Assembly: GCA_036002305.1 (NCBI GenBank)
Contig: DASYTL010000013.1
Location: 18,935-82,934 of the forward strand
Reading direction: 5' to 3'
DNA: 64,000 nucleotides
DNA from: Candidatus Limnocylindria bacterium
Lineage (GTDB): Bacteria > Chloroflexota > Limnocylindria > P2-11E
The notes under the pieces: model-generated
The model's input: only the letters and a program-made list of their open reading frames with translations
Told to the model about the DNA's origin: nothing
The model's database searches: none
Part shown: positions 1-9,279 of the stretch, piece after piece
How positions within the stretch are numbered: position 1 is the first letter of the stretch
Layout: the number at the start of each line of letters is the position of its first letter
Made by a program: the position numbers and the translations under genes

Positions 1-3
1 GGA

Positions 4-747
4 GTGTTCATGCACACCGATGCGGAGCTCGACGAGATGGCCCGCCTTGGCGCGCGCTCCGGCGTCGAGGTGAGCCTCTTCGCGCGCCCGAACGCGGGAT
101 GGGATGCGTCCGCGATGGCCCGCGCGCCGGTGGGCCCGCTGGTCGCGCCCGTCGCCCGCGGGACCGAGCAGCTCGTCGCGGTGCTGGACGACATCCGTCG
201 CGCGGCGGCGCACGGGATCCGCAGCGTGCTCATACAGGACATCGGCGTGCTCTCGGTCTTCGGCGCGATGCGCCGAGCCGGCGACCTCCCCGCGGACATG
301 CAGGCGAAGGTCTCGGTGATGCTTCCCGTCGGCAACGCCGCCGCGGCTCGGGTCATCGCCGACCTCGGCGCGAGCACGATCAATGTGCCGACCGATCTCA
401 CGATCGCGCAGCTCGCCGCGCTGCGCGCGGCGGTCGACGTTCCGCTCGATGTCTATCTCGAATGCCCGGACAACCTCGGTGGCTTCGTGCGCCTCCACGA
501 GATCGCCGATGTCATCCGCGTCGCCGCGCCCGTCTACCTCAAGTTCGGCCTGCGCGGGACCGCGGACCCATACCCCGCTGGAAGCCACCTGGAAGCGACC
601 CTCGTCGCGCTCTCGCGCGAACGCGTGCGCCGCGCGCGCCTCGGGCTCGATCTGCTCGAGCGAGCTGCCCCGGGTGACTTTGAGACCTCGCGCTCGGGGG
701 CGATCGGGCTCGCCCTGCCGGTGGTGTCCACTCTTTCGCCGGTCTGA
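4..747 (+). CDS. Hypothetical protein, possibly a peptidase-U32-like barrel; may continue upstream of the window
   Basis: The ORF is open from base 4 and has protein-like composition. The segment IRSVLIQDIGVLSVF...LGASTINVPTDLTIAQLAALRAAVDVPLDVYLE resembles U32-family barrels, by recollection only. Confidence 0.4.
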   Translation: MFMHTDAELDEMARLGARSGVEVSLFARPNAGWDASAMARAPVGPLVAPVARGTEQLVAVLDDIRRAAAHGIRSVLIQDIGVLSVFGAMRRAGDLPADMQAKVSVMLPVGNAAAARVIADLGASTINVPTDLTIAQLAALRAAVDVPLDVYLECPDNLGGFVRLHEIADVIRVAAPVYLKFGLRGTADPYPAGSHLEATLVALSRERVRRARLGLDLLERAAPGDFETSRSGAIGLALPVVSTLSPV

Positions 748-914
748 CCGTCCGGCAGGCAAAGTCACATCGACAAATCGGTGAGCCAGCACCAGCGTCA
801 AGGCCATGCCGAGAGATCTATCGCGTCCCACGACCATCATTCCCAAGGTCGCTAGGCGTCTTCGCCGGCAGCTCCGATCGCGCATCTACCCGCTATCGCA
901 AGCGGGAACGTACG

Positions 915-2066
915 TTATCCGCTGGGCTGCACATGCTTCGGCACCATCATCACGAAGCGCGCCCCTCCGCCCTCGGCATCCTCGACCCGCAGCGATCCGC
1001 CGTGGAGACGGACGATCTCGCGCGCGACGTGGAGCCCCAGGCCGACCCCGCGCGTGTCCGGGCTCGCGCGCTGGAATGGTTCGAAGATCCTCGCTCGCTC
1101 GTGCTCGGGCACACCAGGGCCGCGATCGCTCACCGCCACGAACACGCGACCGTCCTCTGCCTCGACGGCGACATCGATCGGCGTGCCGTCCGGGCTGTAC
1201 TTGACCGCGTTATCTATCAGGTTCGCGATGACCTGTTCGATCCGGACCTGGTCCACGTTCATGTGGTTGGCGTCAGACCGTTCGGGAGCGTGCACGACGA
1301 TGTCCCGCCCGCTCGCCTCGGCGAGGGCCTCGGCGACCGTACGCACCGACCCGACGAGGTCGGTTGGAGCGCGCTCGATATCGAGTCGGCCCGCGCTGAG
1401 ACGCGTGAAGTCGAGCAGCCGATCGATCAGCAGACGGAGCCGGTGCGCCCCACGCATGGCCTGCGCGATGTCATGCCGCAACGCGTCGCGATCGAGGTCC
1501 GAACGCGCCAAACGCCGCTCGGCGAGCTGCAGCCTTGCGAAGAAGGTGGTCATCGGCGAGCGCAGCTCATGCGCGGCGATGGAGACGAATTGCTCGCGTA
1601 GCTCGAGGGCCTCCTGAACTGCGCGCTCCTGCGCCGTGATGTCGCGCGCGATCGCCGAGGCGCCGACGATCACGCCTTCGCTGTCCCGAACGGGCGAGAT
1701 GGTCACCGACACCGAGATCGGCTGACCGTCCTTGCGTATCCGTGTGGTTCGGTAGTGCTCCACGCGTTCCCCGCGTCTCAGGCGTCCGAGGATCTGCGGG
1801 ATCTCGTCGGGATGGTCGGCGGGCACCAGCATCGCGATCGGCCGCCCGATCGCCTCGTCCGCCGTGTATCCGTAGATGCGTTGCGCCCCGACATTCCAGC
1901 TGATGATGGTGCCGTCGAGCGTCTTGCCGATGATCGCGTCATCCGACGAGTCGACGATGGCGGCGAGATACTCAGGCCGCCACCCCGTCGCCCCGACCGC
2001 CGGACGCTCCCCTTCAGTCAACTGAGCGAGGGTACTCGGGAGGCCGTGGCTGGCTTGGCCGCCCAC
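915..2066 (-). CDS. Sensor histidine kinase with N-terminal PAS domain (cytoplasmic, orphan)
   Basis: It has a PAS-like segment (IVDSSDDAIIGKTLDGTIISWNVGAQRIYGYTADEAIG), an H-box (SIAAHELRSPMT), an N-box (IANLIDNAVKYSP) and G-boxes (DRGPGV, GVGLGLHVA). The track ORF runs to 2360, but those extra 98 aa are Arg/Ser-rich and antisense to the 2080 gene. In-frame GTG at 2066 or TTG at 2021 are more plausible starts. Confidence 0.85.
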   Translation of the reverse strand: MGGQASHGLPSTLAQLTEGERPAVGATGWRPEYLAAIVDSSDDAIIGKTLDGTIISWNVGAQRIYGYTADEAIGRPIAMLVPADHPDEIPQILGRLRRGERVEHYRTTRIRKDGQPISVSVTISPVRDSEGVIVGASAIARDITAQERAVQEALELREQFVSIAAHELRSPMTTFFARLQLAERRLARSDLDRDALRHDIAQAMRGAHRLRLLIDRLLDFTRLSAGRLDIERAPTDLVGSVRTVAEALAEASGRDIVVHAPERSDANHMNVDQVRIEQVIANLIDNAVKYSPDGTPIDVAVEAEDGRVFVAVSDRGPGVPEHERARIFEPFQRASPDTRGVGLGLHVAREIVRLHGGSLRVEDAEGGGARFVMMVPKHVQPSG

Positions 2067-2079
2067 TAGTCTTCGCGGG

Positions 2080-2892
2080 GTGTCACTCGCCGAGCTGCGG
2101 CAGCAGCGACTCCGTGACTGCCGCCTTGTGCCCGACCGCGCCCTGGGGACGCTGGACGACGCCGAGGCGTTCCTCGTCGACCGCGGCGTCCTTTCGTTGA
2201 CGCAGGACTCGGCGCTCCCGAGCCTGTTCGCGGCCTGCCACGAGGAGCCGTACAAGAAGGGATCGCGCGGCTTCGGCTCGTGGCCGAAGACGAAGTGGGT
2301 CTGGGGCGGGCAGCTCGCGGAGCGGCCAGGGGTCCTCGCGCTGAAGGTCCATCGCGGCAAGCTCCTCCTCTGCCATCAGGAGGCGATCCGCGCGATCGAT
2401 CCGCTGGCTCGCGCCGCGCTCGAGGAGGCGAACAACGCGGCCGACGAGCGCACGAGGCTGGTGCGTCATCTCAAGTCGGCCGGTCCGTCGCGCCTCGACG
2501 ACGTGAAGGCCGAGCTCGGCCTGCCACCGGCCGCGCTGCGGAAAGTGCGCGAACGGCTCGAGTCCGTCGCGGCGGTCGTCGCGCGGGACATCGCCGTCGA
2601 CGACGGCAAGGGTGGCCACCGCCACACCAGCGAGCTCGCGCGCTGGGACCAGGTGTGGCACAAGCCGTGGCGCGCGACCGAGGAGCAGGCGCTCGCCCAG
2701 CTCGTGCTCATCGGCGTTCGCGCCGCGGTGCTCGCGCACCAGGACGAGGTGGGGAAGTGGTTCAGCTGGCGGGTCGAGTGGCCGCTCCTCGCCGAGCTCA
2801 TCGCGTCGCGACGGCTTCAACGGCCCGGCCCGGGCTGGCTTGCCGTGCCCGCGGCAAACGGCACAGCGATCAACGGGAGCGCTCGTTTCTAG
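2080..2892 (+). CDS. Hypothetical protein (270 aa), function unknown
   Basis: GTG-initiated ORF with balanced amino-acid composition (Trp, Lys and His present). No motif I can assign. It lies only 13 nt from the divergent kinase start candidate. Confidence 0.55.
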   Translation: MSLAELRQQRLRDCRLVPDRALGTLDDAEAFLVDRGVLSLTQDSALPSLFAACHEEPYKKGSRGFGSWPKTKWVWGGQLAERPGVLALKVHRGKLLLCHQEAIRAIDPLARAALEEANNAADERTRLVRHLKSAGPSRLDDVKAELGLPPAALRKVRERLESVAAVVARDIAVDDGKGGHRHTSELARWDQVWHKPWRATEEQALAQLVLIGVRAAVLAHQDEVGKWFSWRVEWPLLAELIASRRLQRPGPGWLAVPAANGTAINGSARF

Positions 2893-2894
2893 GT

Positions 2895-3137
2895 CACGCT
2901 GGCAAGACCGGCTCATCATTCCGGGCGTTCGAGAGGGCGGTCCAGCAGGCGGGCGGGACCGTCCGGGGCTTCTATCTGACGATGGGCCGCTACGACATCG
3001 TCGTCGGCGAAGCGCCCGACGACGAGGCCGCCGCGCGGCTCGCACTCGCGACGGGAGCGCTTGGCGACGTCAGCACCGAGACGCTGCGCGCGTTCACCGA
3101 GGACGAATTCCGAAAACTCATCGCGGCGCTGCCATAG
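2895..3137 (+). pseudogene. GYD-domain protein fragment with no usable start codon
   Basis: The C-terminal portion FRAFERAVQQAGGTVRGFYLTMGRYDIVVGEAPDDEAAARLALATGALGDVSTETLRAFTEDEFRKLI matches the GYD family signature. After the upstream stop at 2892 there is no in-frame ATG/GTG/TTG before the internal MGRYD, and about 20 expected N-terminal residues are absent. Confidence 0.45.
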
Positions 3138-3263
3138 AGGCGGCGCGCGCCGCCATCCCCGAAGCCGACTCGCGCGGAAGCTGCGCGCGGTGTTTGGGTG
3201 ACGCCCGGCGAAAGTACTGCTCCCTGACCTGTTCGCTTCACCCACGCTCCAGCGAGGTCGGAG

Positions 3264-3566
3264 ATGGGTTCGGTGCGGCGTAGGATGCGCACCGCGAAGA
3301 AAAAGGGGGCGGCAGTGAGACTCCTCTTTACGCTCATCGCGACGGCGGTCCTGATGGTGGCGACGGCCAGCGTCGCCCTCGCGGGCGCGCCAGGCACGAA
3401 TTTCCCGGAGCAGCCCGGCTCGCATGTCGCGAACGCCTGCGACACGGTGCTCTCGAATCCGGGCACGGGCGCCGGAGGCCCATTCGCGATGCACGCCTCG
3501 CCGACGGCGCTCGCGATCACCGCGGGGCTCGTCGCGGACGCTTGCTTTGGCGGTGGCGGCGGATAG
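3264..3566 (+). CDS. Small secreted protein (signal peptide, 2 Cys, Gly-rich C-terminus)
   Basis: It has a positively charged N-region (RRRMRTAKKKG), a hydrophobic core (LLFTLIATAVLMVATASVALA) and an AxA-like cleavage site. A GAGG sits upstream of the ATG. Confidence 0.5.
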   Translation: MGSVRRRMRTAKKKGAAVRLLFTLIATAVLMVATASVALAGAPGTNFPEQPGSHVANACDTVLSNPGTGAGGPFAMHASPTALAITAGLVADACFGGGGG

Positions 3567-3639
3567 CCGCGAGGAGGTCATCGCGCTGGCCGAAGGACGC
3601 CGGATCTCGCCGGCGTCCTTCTTCGTTAGAGTCCCTCGG

Positions 3640-4185
3640 ATGTTCGGACCGGTCTTGCGCGGCGAGAAGTGCGTGCTGCGCCCGCCGCGGAAGGACGAAC
3701 TGCCGATCTACCAGAAATGGTTCGAGGATCCGGAGGTCATCCGGTTCACGCTGCAGATCGGTCCGCCCTCGGACGCGCGCGAGCAGGAGTGGTTCACCCG
3801 GGGCGCCGAGAGCCAGGACAGCATCGCGTGGGTCATCGAGGTGGACGGGAGACCGGTCGGCAACACCGGCATCCACGGGATCGATTTTCGCCACGGCCAC
3901 GGTGAGGGCGGGATCGTCATCGGCGACAAGTCGGTGTGGCGGAAAGGCATCGCGAGCGAGGCGATCGCGCTGCGCACGCGATTCGCGTTCCGCGAGCTCC
4001 ACCTGCACAAGATCCGCACGCGCGTCTACCTGGAGAACGAGGCCTCGAGGCGCGCCCTCGAGAAGTCCGGTTACCGCGAGACCGGCATCCAGCGCGAAGA
4101 GATCTTCCGCGACGGCCGCTGGCACGACATCTGGATGGCCGAGGTCCTCCGCGAAGACTGGGAGCGCTCTCAGCAGAGACCTTGA
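3640..4185 (+). CDS. GNAT family N-acetyltransferase (RimJ/RimL-like)
   Basis: Contains RPPRKDELPIYQKWFEDPEV, the acetyl-CoA site WRKGIASEA (Q/RxxGxG/A-like), and ENEASRRALEKSGYRETG. The ATG at 3640 is in frame, and the upstream part of the track ORF is Arg-rich junk. Confidence 0.85.
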   Translation: MFGPVLRGEKCVLRPPRKDELPIYQKWFEDPEVIRFTLQIGPPSDAREQEWFTRGAESQDSIAWVIEVDGRPVGNTGIHGIDFRHGHGEGGIVIGDKSVWRKGIASEAIALRTRFAFRELHLHKIRTRVYLENEASRRALEKSGYRETGIQREEIFRDGRWHDIWMAEVLREDWERSQQRP

Positions 4186-4235
4186 CAGGCGCCCGCGTCT
4201 CTGCAATGACAGCGCGCGGAAAAGGGGGAGTGGCC

Positions 4236-5150
4236 ATGAGAGGTGTTTTGACGCCGATCGCGGTATTCGCCGCGGCGCTCTTTTTTGGTGGCCCGTCGAG
4301 AGCGGGCACGACAGTCTGGGTAGTGGACAACGATGGCGCGGACTGTCCAGCGGCGGACTTCACCACGATCCAGGCCGCGGTCACCGCGGCCGGACCCGGC
4401 GACACGATCATGGTCTGCGCGGGCACCTACCACGAGCGAGTGAAGATCGAGAAGAACGATCTGACGCTCCGCGCGAAGGGGGCGCCCGATGACGTCGTCG
4501 TCGACGCGGATCTCATCGGCAACGCCCTGTGGATCAACAACGCGAGCGGCGTGACGATCGAGGGGTTCACGGTCCGCGAAGGGCATGACAACGACATCTT
4601 CCTAACCGGCGCGAACGGCAACACGATCCGGAAGAACATCCTCACCGCCGCGGTTCACGATGGGATCGAGCTGATCGACTCGGACGACAATCTCATCGAG
4701 CACAATCTCTCGGTCGACAACCTTGCGAGCAACGCGTGTGGCATCAACATAATCGCGGGCTCGGATCGGAACCTCGTGCGGCACAACACGCTCCGCAACA
4801 ACGAGTGGGGCATCCAAATAGCCGCAGCGAACGACAACGTGCTCTTCCACAACGAGGCGATCGAGAACCGCGGTAACGGGATCCGCAACATCAACGGCGC
4901 CTCCGGCACCGTCATCGAGTCCAACCGGGTCTTCGAGAACGGCCTCACGCCGGGGCCGCTGACGGGGACCACGAACGCCGGGATCCGGCTTCAGAGCGGG
5001 ACCGGTCTGCTTGTCAGCCGGAACCATGCCTTCGACAACGAGCTCGTCGATATCCGCGTCGATGCCGCGACCGGCACATTCGAGAAGAACCACTGCGACT
5101 CGTCGTCACCGCCGGAGCTCTGCGAGCACGGCGAGGGCGAGGGTCACTAG
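4236..5150 (+). CDS. Secreted right-handed parallel beta-helix repeat protein (NosD/pectin-lyase-fold-like)
   Basis: Signal peptide MRGVLTPIAVFAAALFFGGPSRAG follows a GGGGGAG Shine-Dalgarno. There are repeated about 22-aa units (NTIRKNIL, NLIEHNLS, NLVRHNTL, NVLFHNEA, TVIESNRV, LLVSRNHA). An alternative ATG lies at 4206. Confidence 0.8.
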   Translation: MRGVLTPIAVFAAALFFGGPSRAGTTVWVVDNDGADCPAADFTTIQAAVTAAGPGDTIMVCAGTYHERVKIEKNDLTLRAKGAPDDVVVDADLIGNALWINNASGVTIEGFTVREGHDNDIFLTGANGNTIRKNILTAAVHDGIELIDSDDNLIEHNLSVDNLASNACGINIIAGSDRNLVRHNTLRNNEWGIQIAAANDNVLFHNEAIENRGNGIRNINGASGTVIESNRVFENGLTPGPLTGTTNAGIRLQSGTGLLVSRNHAFDNELVDIRVDAATGTFEKNHCDSSSPPELCEHGEGEGH

Positions 5151-5158
5151 GGACCAGT

Positions 5159-5186
5159 GGGGGCCTGCCCGCGAGGGCGGGCCCCC
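5159..5186 (+). terminator. GC-rich stem-loop downstream of the beta-helix gene
   Basis: GGGGGCCTGCCC-GCGA-GGGCGGGCCCCC forms a 12-bp stem with one G-U pair and a 4-nt loop. It starts 9 nt after the stop codon. There is no U-tract. Confidence 0.5.
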
Positions 5187-5248
5187 TGAAGTGCATCCCC
5201 GACATATAGGCAGCCTTCGGCCGCACCGGGTAGCCTCGACTCTTCCCC

Positions 5249-6457
5249 ATGACGTTGACAGCCGAGGCGCCGCCCAGCTACCGGCGGCTCTTCACCATAG
5301 AGGGCTTCCCGCGCCTCGTCGTCAGCATGCTGCTCGCGCGCACCGCCACGACGATGGTCGAGCTCATCCTCGTGCTGTTCGCGCTCGAGCGCTTCCAGTC
5401 GCCAGGTCTCGCCGGAACGGTCACGTTCCTCTCGCTCTTCCCTGGTCTCATGCTCTCACCGATCGCCGGCGCGCTCCTCGACCGCCACGGCCGGACGCGT
5501 CTCATGGTGGTCGACTACGTCGTCGCCGGGGGCGCGCTCGCGCTCGTCACCGGGCTCGGCGCGACCGGTCTGCTCAACGAGGTGCTGCTGCTGCTGATCG
5601 TGACGGTCATGTCGCTCACCTTCCCGCTGTCAACGACCGGCGTGCGCACGATGTTCCCGCTCATCGTGCCGCGACACCTGTGGGAGCGCGCGAACGCGAT
5701 CGACAGCAACGGCTACGTCGTCTCGAGCATCTTCGGACCGGCGATCGCGGGCGCGCTCGTCGCGACCGTGGGCAGCCTGTGGGCGCTCGCGCTGACGGCG
5801 GCGATGTACGCGGTCGCGGCCGTCATCACGGTGCCGCTGCGCGATCCGCTCGGCAGCGTTCCTCACGGTCGGCTGCTCGGAGATGCGTGGGCCGGCCTCC
5901 TCTACACGTGGCGCAACGCGGCGCTCCGCGGGCTCGGCATCTCCGTGTCGATCGCGAACGTCGCGAATGGCCTCTTCTACATCGGCCTGCCCGTGCTCGT
6001 GCTCACGCGCATCCGCGGTGACGCGGCGCAGGTCGGCCAGCTCTTCGCGCTCATGGGCGTCGCCGCGGCGATCTCTGTGCTCTTCGTCGGCCGCGTCGGA
6101 ACGGAGGGCCGCGAGCGGCAGCTGCTCGCCGGCTCGATGCTGGTCGCCGCGGTCGGCTACGCGCTCGTGCTCGTCTCGCCGACGCTCGCGTTCGCGGCCC
6201 TCGCGCTCGTGCTCATGGGGCTCGCGACGGGTCCGTTCGACGTGGTCCTGTTCACGCTCCGCCAGCGGCGCACCGATCCGGCGTGGCTCGGACGCGCGTT
6301 CGCCGTCTCGATGTCCCTCAACTTCGTGGGCTTTCCGATCGGCTCGGCGGTCGGCGGCGCGGTCGTCGGACAGTCGCTCGAAGCCGCGTTCCTCGCGGCC
6401 GTCGCGTTGAACGCGCTCGCCGCGGTCGTCGTGTTCCTCACGATCCCGGCCGAGTAG
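5249..6457 (+). CDS. MFS transporter
   Basis: 402 aa with roughly 12 hydrophobic segments. An MFS motif-A-like loop is present (GALLDRHGRTR). Confidence 0.85.
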   Translation: MTLTAEAPPSYRRLFTIEGFPRLVVSMLLARTATTMVELILVLFALERFQSPGLAGTVTFLSLFPGLMLSPIAGALLDRHGRTRLMVVDYVVAGGALALVTGLGATGLLNEVLLLLIVTVMSLTFPLSTTGVRTMFPLIVPRHLWERANAIDSNGYVVSSIFGPAIAGALVATVGSLWALALTAAMYAVAAVITVPLRDPLGSVPHGRLLGDAWAGLLYTWRNAALRGLGISVSIANVANGLFYIGLPVLVLTRIRGDAAQVGQLFALMGVAAAISVLFVGRVGTEGRERQLLAGSMLVAAVGYALVLVSPTLAFAALALVLMGLATGPFDVVLFTLRQRRTDPAWLGRAFAVSMSLNFVGFPIGSAVGGAVVGQSLEAAFLAAVALNALAAVVVFLTIPAE

Positions 6458-6524
6458 CCGCTCTTGCCGGAAACGCGAGGAGTCCCGCGTTGGGTGACGG
6501 CGGAGCGGCGTGATGACGATGAAG

Positions 6525-7433
6525 TCAGGTTCGAGTTAGCCGATGCGGTCTCGCCTCGGCGCCGCTGTGCCGCACCGCGGACACGTGGTTGACGAGCTCG
6601 CCGAGGCCGTCGATGGCGACGCGCACGGTGTCGCCGGGCTTCGCGGTGTACGGGTCAGGCGGCACGATCGAGGTGCCGGTGAGCAGCCACGCCCCGAACG
6701 GCAGCGTGTACGACGAGTGCAGCACGCCGACGATCTTCTCGGGCTCGCGCGTCATGTCCGCGATCGAGGCGGTCGCGGAGAACACGGTCTGCCCCTCGCG
6801 CTCGATCGACATCCGCATCGCGGCGCGCGAGACGTCGACGTGCCACGCCAGGACGGCGGCCGGACCGATCGCGCAGCTCCGGTCGTAGATCTTCGCCTGC
6901 GGGAGGAAAAGCGGATTCTCGCCTTCGATGCTGCGCGAGCTCATGTCGTTCCCGCACGCGAACGCGACGACCTCCGCGCGCGAGTTGGAGAGCACCGCGA
7001 GCTCGGGCTCGGGCACGTCCCACGTCGAATCCTCGCGCACGCCGACGTCGCCGCCGTTCGCCACCACGCGCCACCCCGCGGCCTTGAAGAAGAGCTCGGG
7101 CCGATCGCTCGCGTAGACGTGCTCGTAGATGCTCTTCTGCGTCGCCTCCTCGAGGCGGGCCTCGCGACTGCGCAGGTACGTCACGCCGGCGGCCCACACC
7201 TCCTGCGACTCCGCGGGGGCCACGAGCTCCACCGCGTCGGCATCGATGGGGCGCCAGTCGCTCGCATCCGCCTCCAGGATCGACCGCATCTCCGCGAGCG
7301 GCAGGCTGAGCAGACCGTCGAGGGAGAGCGGGCGCAGGTCAAAAAGCTTCCCGTCCCGCCACAGCGCGAGATGCGCATCGCCGCCGCCTCGGGCGCGAAC
7401 GCGCGTGAGCGCGGGGCCGGCGAGCTCGGTCAC
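6525..7433 (-). CDS. Fumarylacetoacetate hydrolase (FAH) family protein, last gene of the fucose-type operon
   Basis: The C-terminal FAH fold is visible (GNDMSSRSIEGENPLFLPQAKIYDRSCAIGP, LLTGTSIVPPDPYTAKPGDTVRVAIDGLGELVN). Its GTG start overlaps the upstream stop as GTGA (7430-7433). Confidence 0.8.
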   Translation of the reverse strand: MTELAGPALTRVRARGGGDAHLALWRDGKLFDLRPLSLDGLLSLPLAEMRSILEADASDWRPIDADAVELVAPAESQEVWAAGVTYLRSREARLEEATQKSIYEHVYASDRPELFFKAAGWRVVANGGDVGVREDSTWDVPEPELAVLSNSRAEVVAFACGNDMSSRSIEGENPLFLPQAKIYDRSCAIGPAAVLAWHVDVSRAAMRMSIEREGQTVFSATASIADMTREPEKIVGVLHSSYTLPFGAWLLTGTSIVPPDPYTAKPGDTVRVAIDGLGELVNHVSAVRHSGAEARPHRLTRT

Positions 7434-8203
7434 TTGCCGCCGCGCACGCCGCCGTCGACGAAGAGCGCGCTCCCCATGACGAAGCTCGACTCGTCCGACG
7501 CCAGGAAGAGCGCGGCCGACGCGACGTCCTCCGGCTTGCCGAGCTCCGAGCTGAGCTGGCGCTTGCGGATGGCCTTGAGGCCCTCCTCGCGGCTCGGGTA
7601 CGACTCGCGCAGGTACTTCTCGACGAACGGCGTGTGGATCGTGCCCGGGAGCAGCGCGTTCACGCGCACGCCGAAGGGCGCGTAGTCGACCTGCATCGCG
7701 CGCGTGAGCGCCAGGATCGCCCCCTTCGACGCCGCGTAGCTCGCGCGCTGGGCGAGCCCGATCTCGGCGATGGTCGAGGACATGTTGATGATCGAGCCCC
7801 TGCGCTTGGAGAGCATGTACGGAACGACGAACTTGGAAACGAGGAACACCCCGCGGACATTGACCGACATCACCCGGTCCCAGAGATCCGTCGAGGTCTC
7901 ATGGAGCGTGCCGACGCCGCTGATGCCGGCGTTGTTGAACAGCACGTCGATCCGTCCCTGCTTCTTCGCGGTGTCGTCGGCGAGGCGCTGCGCGGCGGCG
8001 GGGTCGGCGACGTCGACGACGAAGGGGCTCGCGGTGCCGCCCTCGCCCTGGATCAGCTTCACCGTCGCGTCGGCGCCCGCCGCGTCGACGTCGGCGACGA
8101 CGACGCAGCCGCCCTCGCGCGCGAAGAGCTGCGCGCTCGCGCGTCCGATGCCCGAGCCCGCGCCGGTGATCACGCAGACCTTGCCGTGCAGGCGGCCGCT
8201 CAT
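7430..8203 (-). CDS. Short-chain dehydrogenase/reductase (candidate sugar or 2-keto-3-deoxy-acid dehydrogenase)
   Basis: Has TGAGSGIGRA (TGxxxGxG), NNAG and YAASKGA (YxxxK). The ATG at 8203 overlaps the upstream stop as ATGA. Confidence 0.9.
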   Translation of the reverse strand: MSGRLHGKVCVITGAGSGIGRASAQLFAREGGCVVVADVDAAGADATVKLIQGEGGTASPFVVDVADPAAAQRLADDTAKKQGRIDVLFNNAGISGVGTLHETSTDLWDRVMSVNVRGVFLVSKFVVPYMLSKRRGSIINMSSTIAEIGLAQRASYAASKGAILALTRAMQVDYAPFGVRVNALLPGTIHTPFVEKYLRESYPSREEGLKAIRKRQLSSELGKPEDVASAALFLASDESSFVMGSALFVDGGVRGGK

Positions 8204-8937
8204 TCCGCGGTGAACCCCCCATCCACCGGAAGCGCGACGCCGGTGATGAACGCCGCCGCGGGCGTCGAGAGGAAGAGCACCGCTGAGGCGACCTCGGCCG
8301 GCGTGGCGAGGCGGCCGAGCGGCTGCGCCTCCTCGTGCTCGCGTCGCGACTGCGCCGGATCGGGCATCGCGTCGATGAACTGCTTGAGCATCGGCGTGTC
8401 GACGATTCCCGGGCACACCGCGTTCACGCGGATGCCTTCCGGCGCCCAGTCGAGCGCGAGCGCGCGCGCGAGCTGCACCGCCGCGCCCTTCGTCGCGACG
8501 TAGATCGGCGAATTCCGTTGAGCCACGAGGCCGGTCTTCGACGCGATCACGGTGAGGCTGCCCTTGCTCTTCGCGAGTGGGCGGTGCGCGGCCTGCGCGA
8601 GGTACATGAGCGCTTTCACGTTGATCGCGAAGAGCCGGTCGAACTCGTCGGGGGTCGTGTCGTCGATGAGCTTGGGCAGCGTGACGCCGGCGTTGCCGAC
8701 GGCCGCGTCGAGCCCCCCGAAGCGGTCGACGGCCATTTTTACGGCCGTCTCGTTGGTCGCGCGGTCGGCCACGTCGCCGGCGAGCGTGACGACCGTGCCT
8801 CCGATGCGCGAGGCGGTCGCCTTGAGCGGCGCCTCGTCGCGGTCGACCGCGACCACCGACCAGCCCGCGCGCGCGAACGCCTCCGCGATCGCGGCGCCGA
8901 TGCCCTTCGCCGCTCCGGTGACGACGACGCTGCTCAC
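8200..8937 (-). CDS. Short-chain dehydrogenase/reductase (second SDR of the operon)
   Basis: Has VTGAAKGIGAAIA, GNAG and YVATKGA. The in-frame GTG at 8937 overlaps the upstream stop as GTGA. Confidence 0.9.
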   Translation of the reverse strand: MSSVVVTGAAKGIGAAIAEAFARAGWSVVAVDRDEAPLKATASRIGGTVVTLAGDVADRATNETAVKMAVDRFGGLDAAVGNAGVTLPKLIDDTTPDEFDRLFAINVKALMYLAQAAHRPLAKSKGSLTVIASKTGLVAQRNSPIYVATKGAAVQLARALALDWAPEGIRVNAVCPGIVDTPMLKQFIDAMPDPAQSRREHEEAQPLGRLATPAEVASAVLFLSTPAAAFITGVALPVDGGFTAE

Positions 8938-9278
8938 CGGCGACCCCAGTTCAGATCGAAGACCAGCTCCATCATCGCCCACCACTCGCCGGGCTTCGCC
9001 TCGCCGACGCGCTCCTGCATCGAGCGCATGAGCTCGTCCCAGTGCCGGTAGGTGGGGTCGTCTGTCGAGCGCGCGAAGTCCCGCTTCGGGTCGAACCCGT
9101 CCCTGGTCTCGCAGTACATGAACATGCGGCGGCCGAGCAGGAAGATCTTCATCTCGGTCACGCCGATCTCGCGGAGGCGCGCGAGCACCTCGGGCCACGC
9201 CCGCTCGTGCTCCTTGCGGTACCGCGCGATGAGCGCTGGGTCGTCGCGGAGGTCGAGCGCCATCCCGTAGGCCTGCAC
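8934..9278 (-). CDS. L-rhamnose-mutarotase-family (RhaM/DUF718) 6-deoxy-sugar mutarotase
   Basis: Contains YRKEHERAWPEVLARLREIGVTEMKIFLLGRRMFMYCE...PGEWWAMMELVFDL. The GTG at 9278 is preceded by AAGGGGAGG. The longer track ORF upstream is junk. Confidence 0.8.
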   Translation of the reverse strand: MQAYGMALDLRDDPALIARYRKEHERAWPEVLARLREIGVTEMKIFLLGRRMFMYCETRDGFDPKRDFARSTDDPTYRHWDELMRSMQERVGEAKPGEWWAMMELVFDLNWGRR

Positions 9279-9279
9279 C

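Noticed and set aside
2067-2360. N-terminal 98-aa extension of the histidine kinase from the ATG at 2360
   Set aside because: The extension is low-complexity (Ser/Arg/Pro-rich) and overlaps the well-formed divergent gene at 2080-2892 in antisense. In-frame GTG at 2066 or TTG at 2021 give a kinase that starts just before its PAS domain.
4182-4210. TTGACA followed after 17 nt by AATGAC, as a possible promoter for the beta-helix gene
   Set aside because: The -10 candidate lacks the conserved final T, and the TTGACA overlaps the GNAT stop codon. The evidence is too weak to report as a feature.
6470-6545. A GGTTCGAGT T-loop-like string that might mark a tRNA
   Set aside because: The flanking bases cannot form a T-arm (TCAGG versus TAGCC), and no acceptor or anticodon stems can be drawn. 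It lies at the 3' end of the FAH gene.
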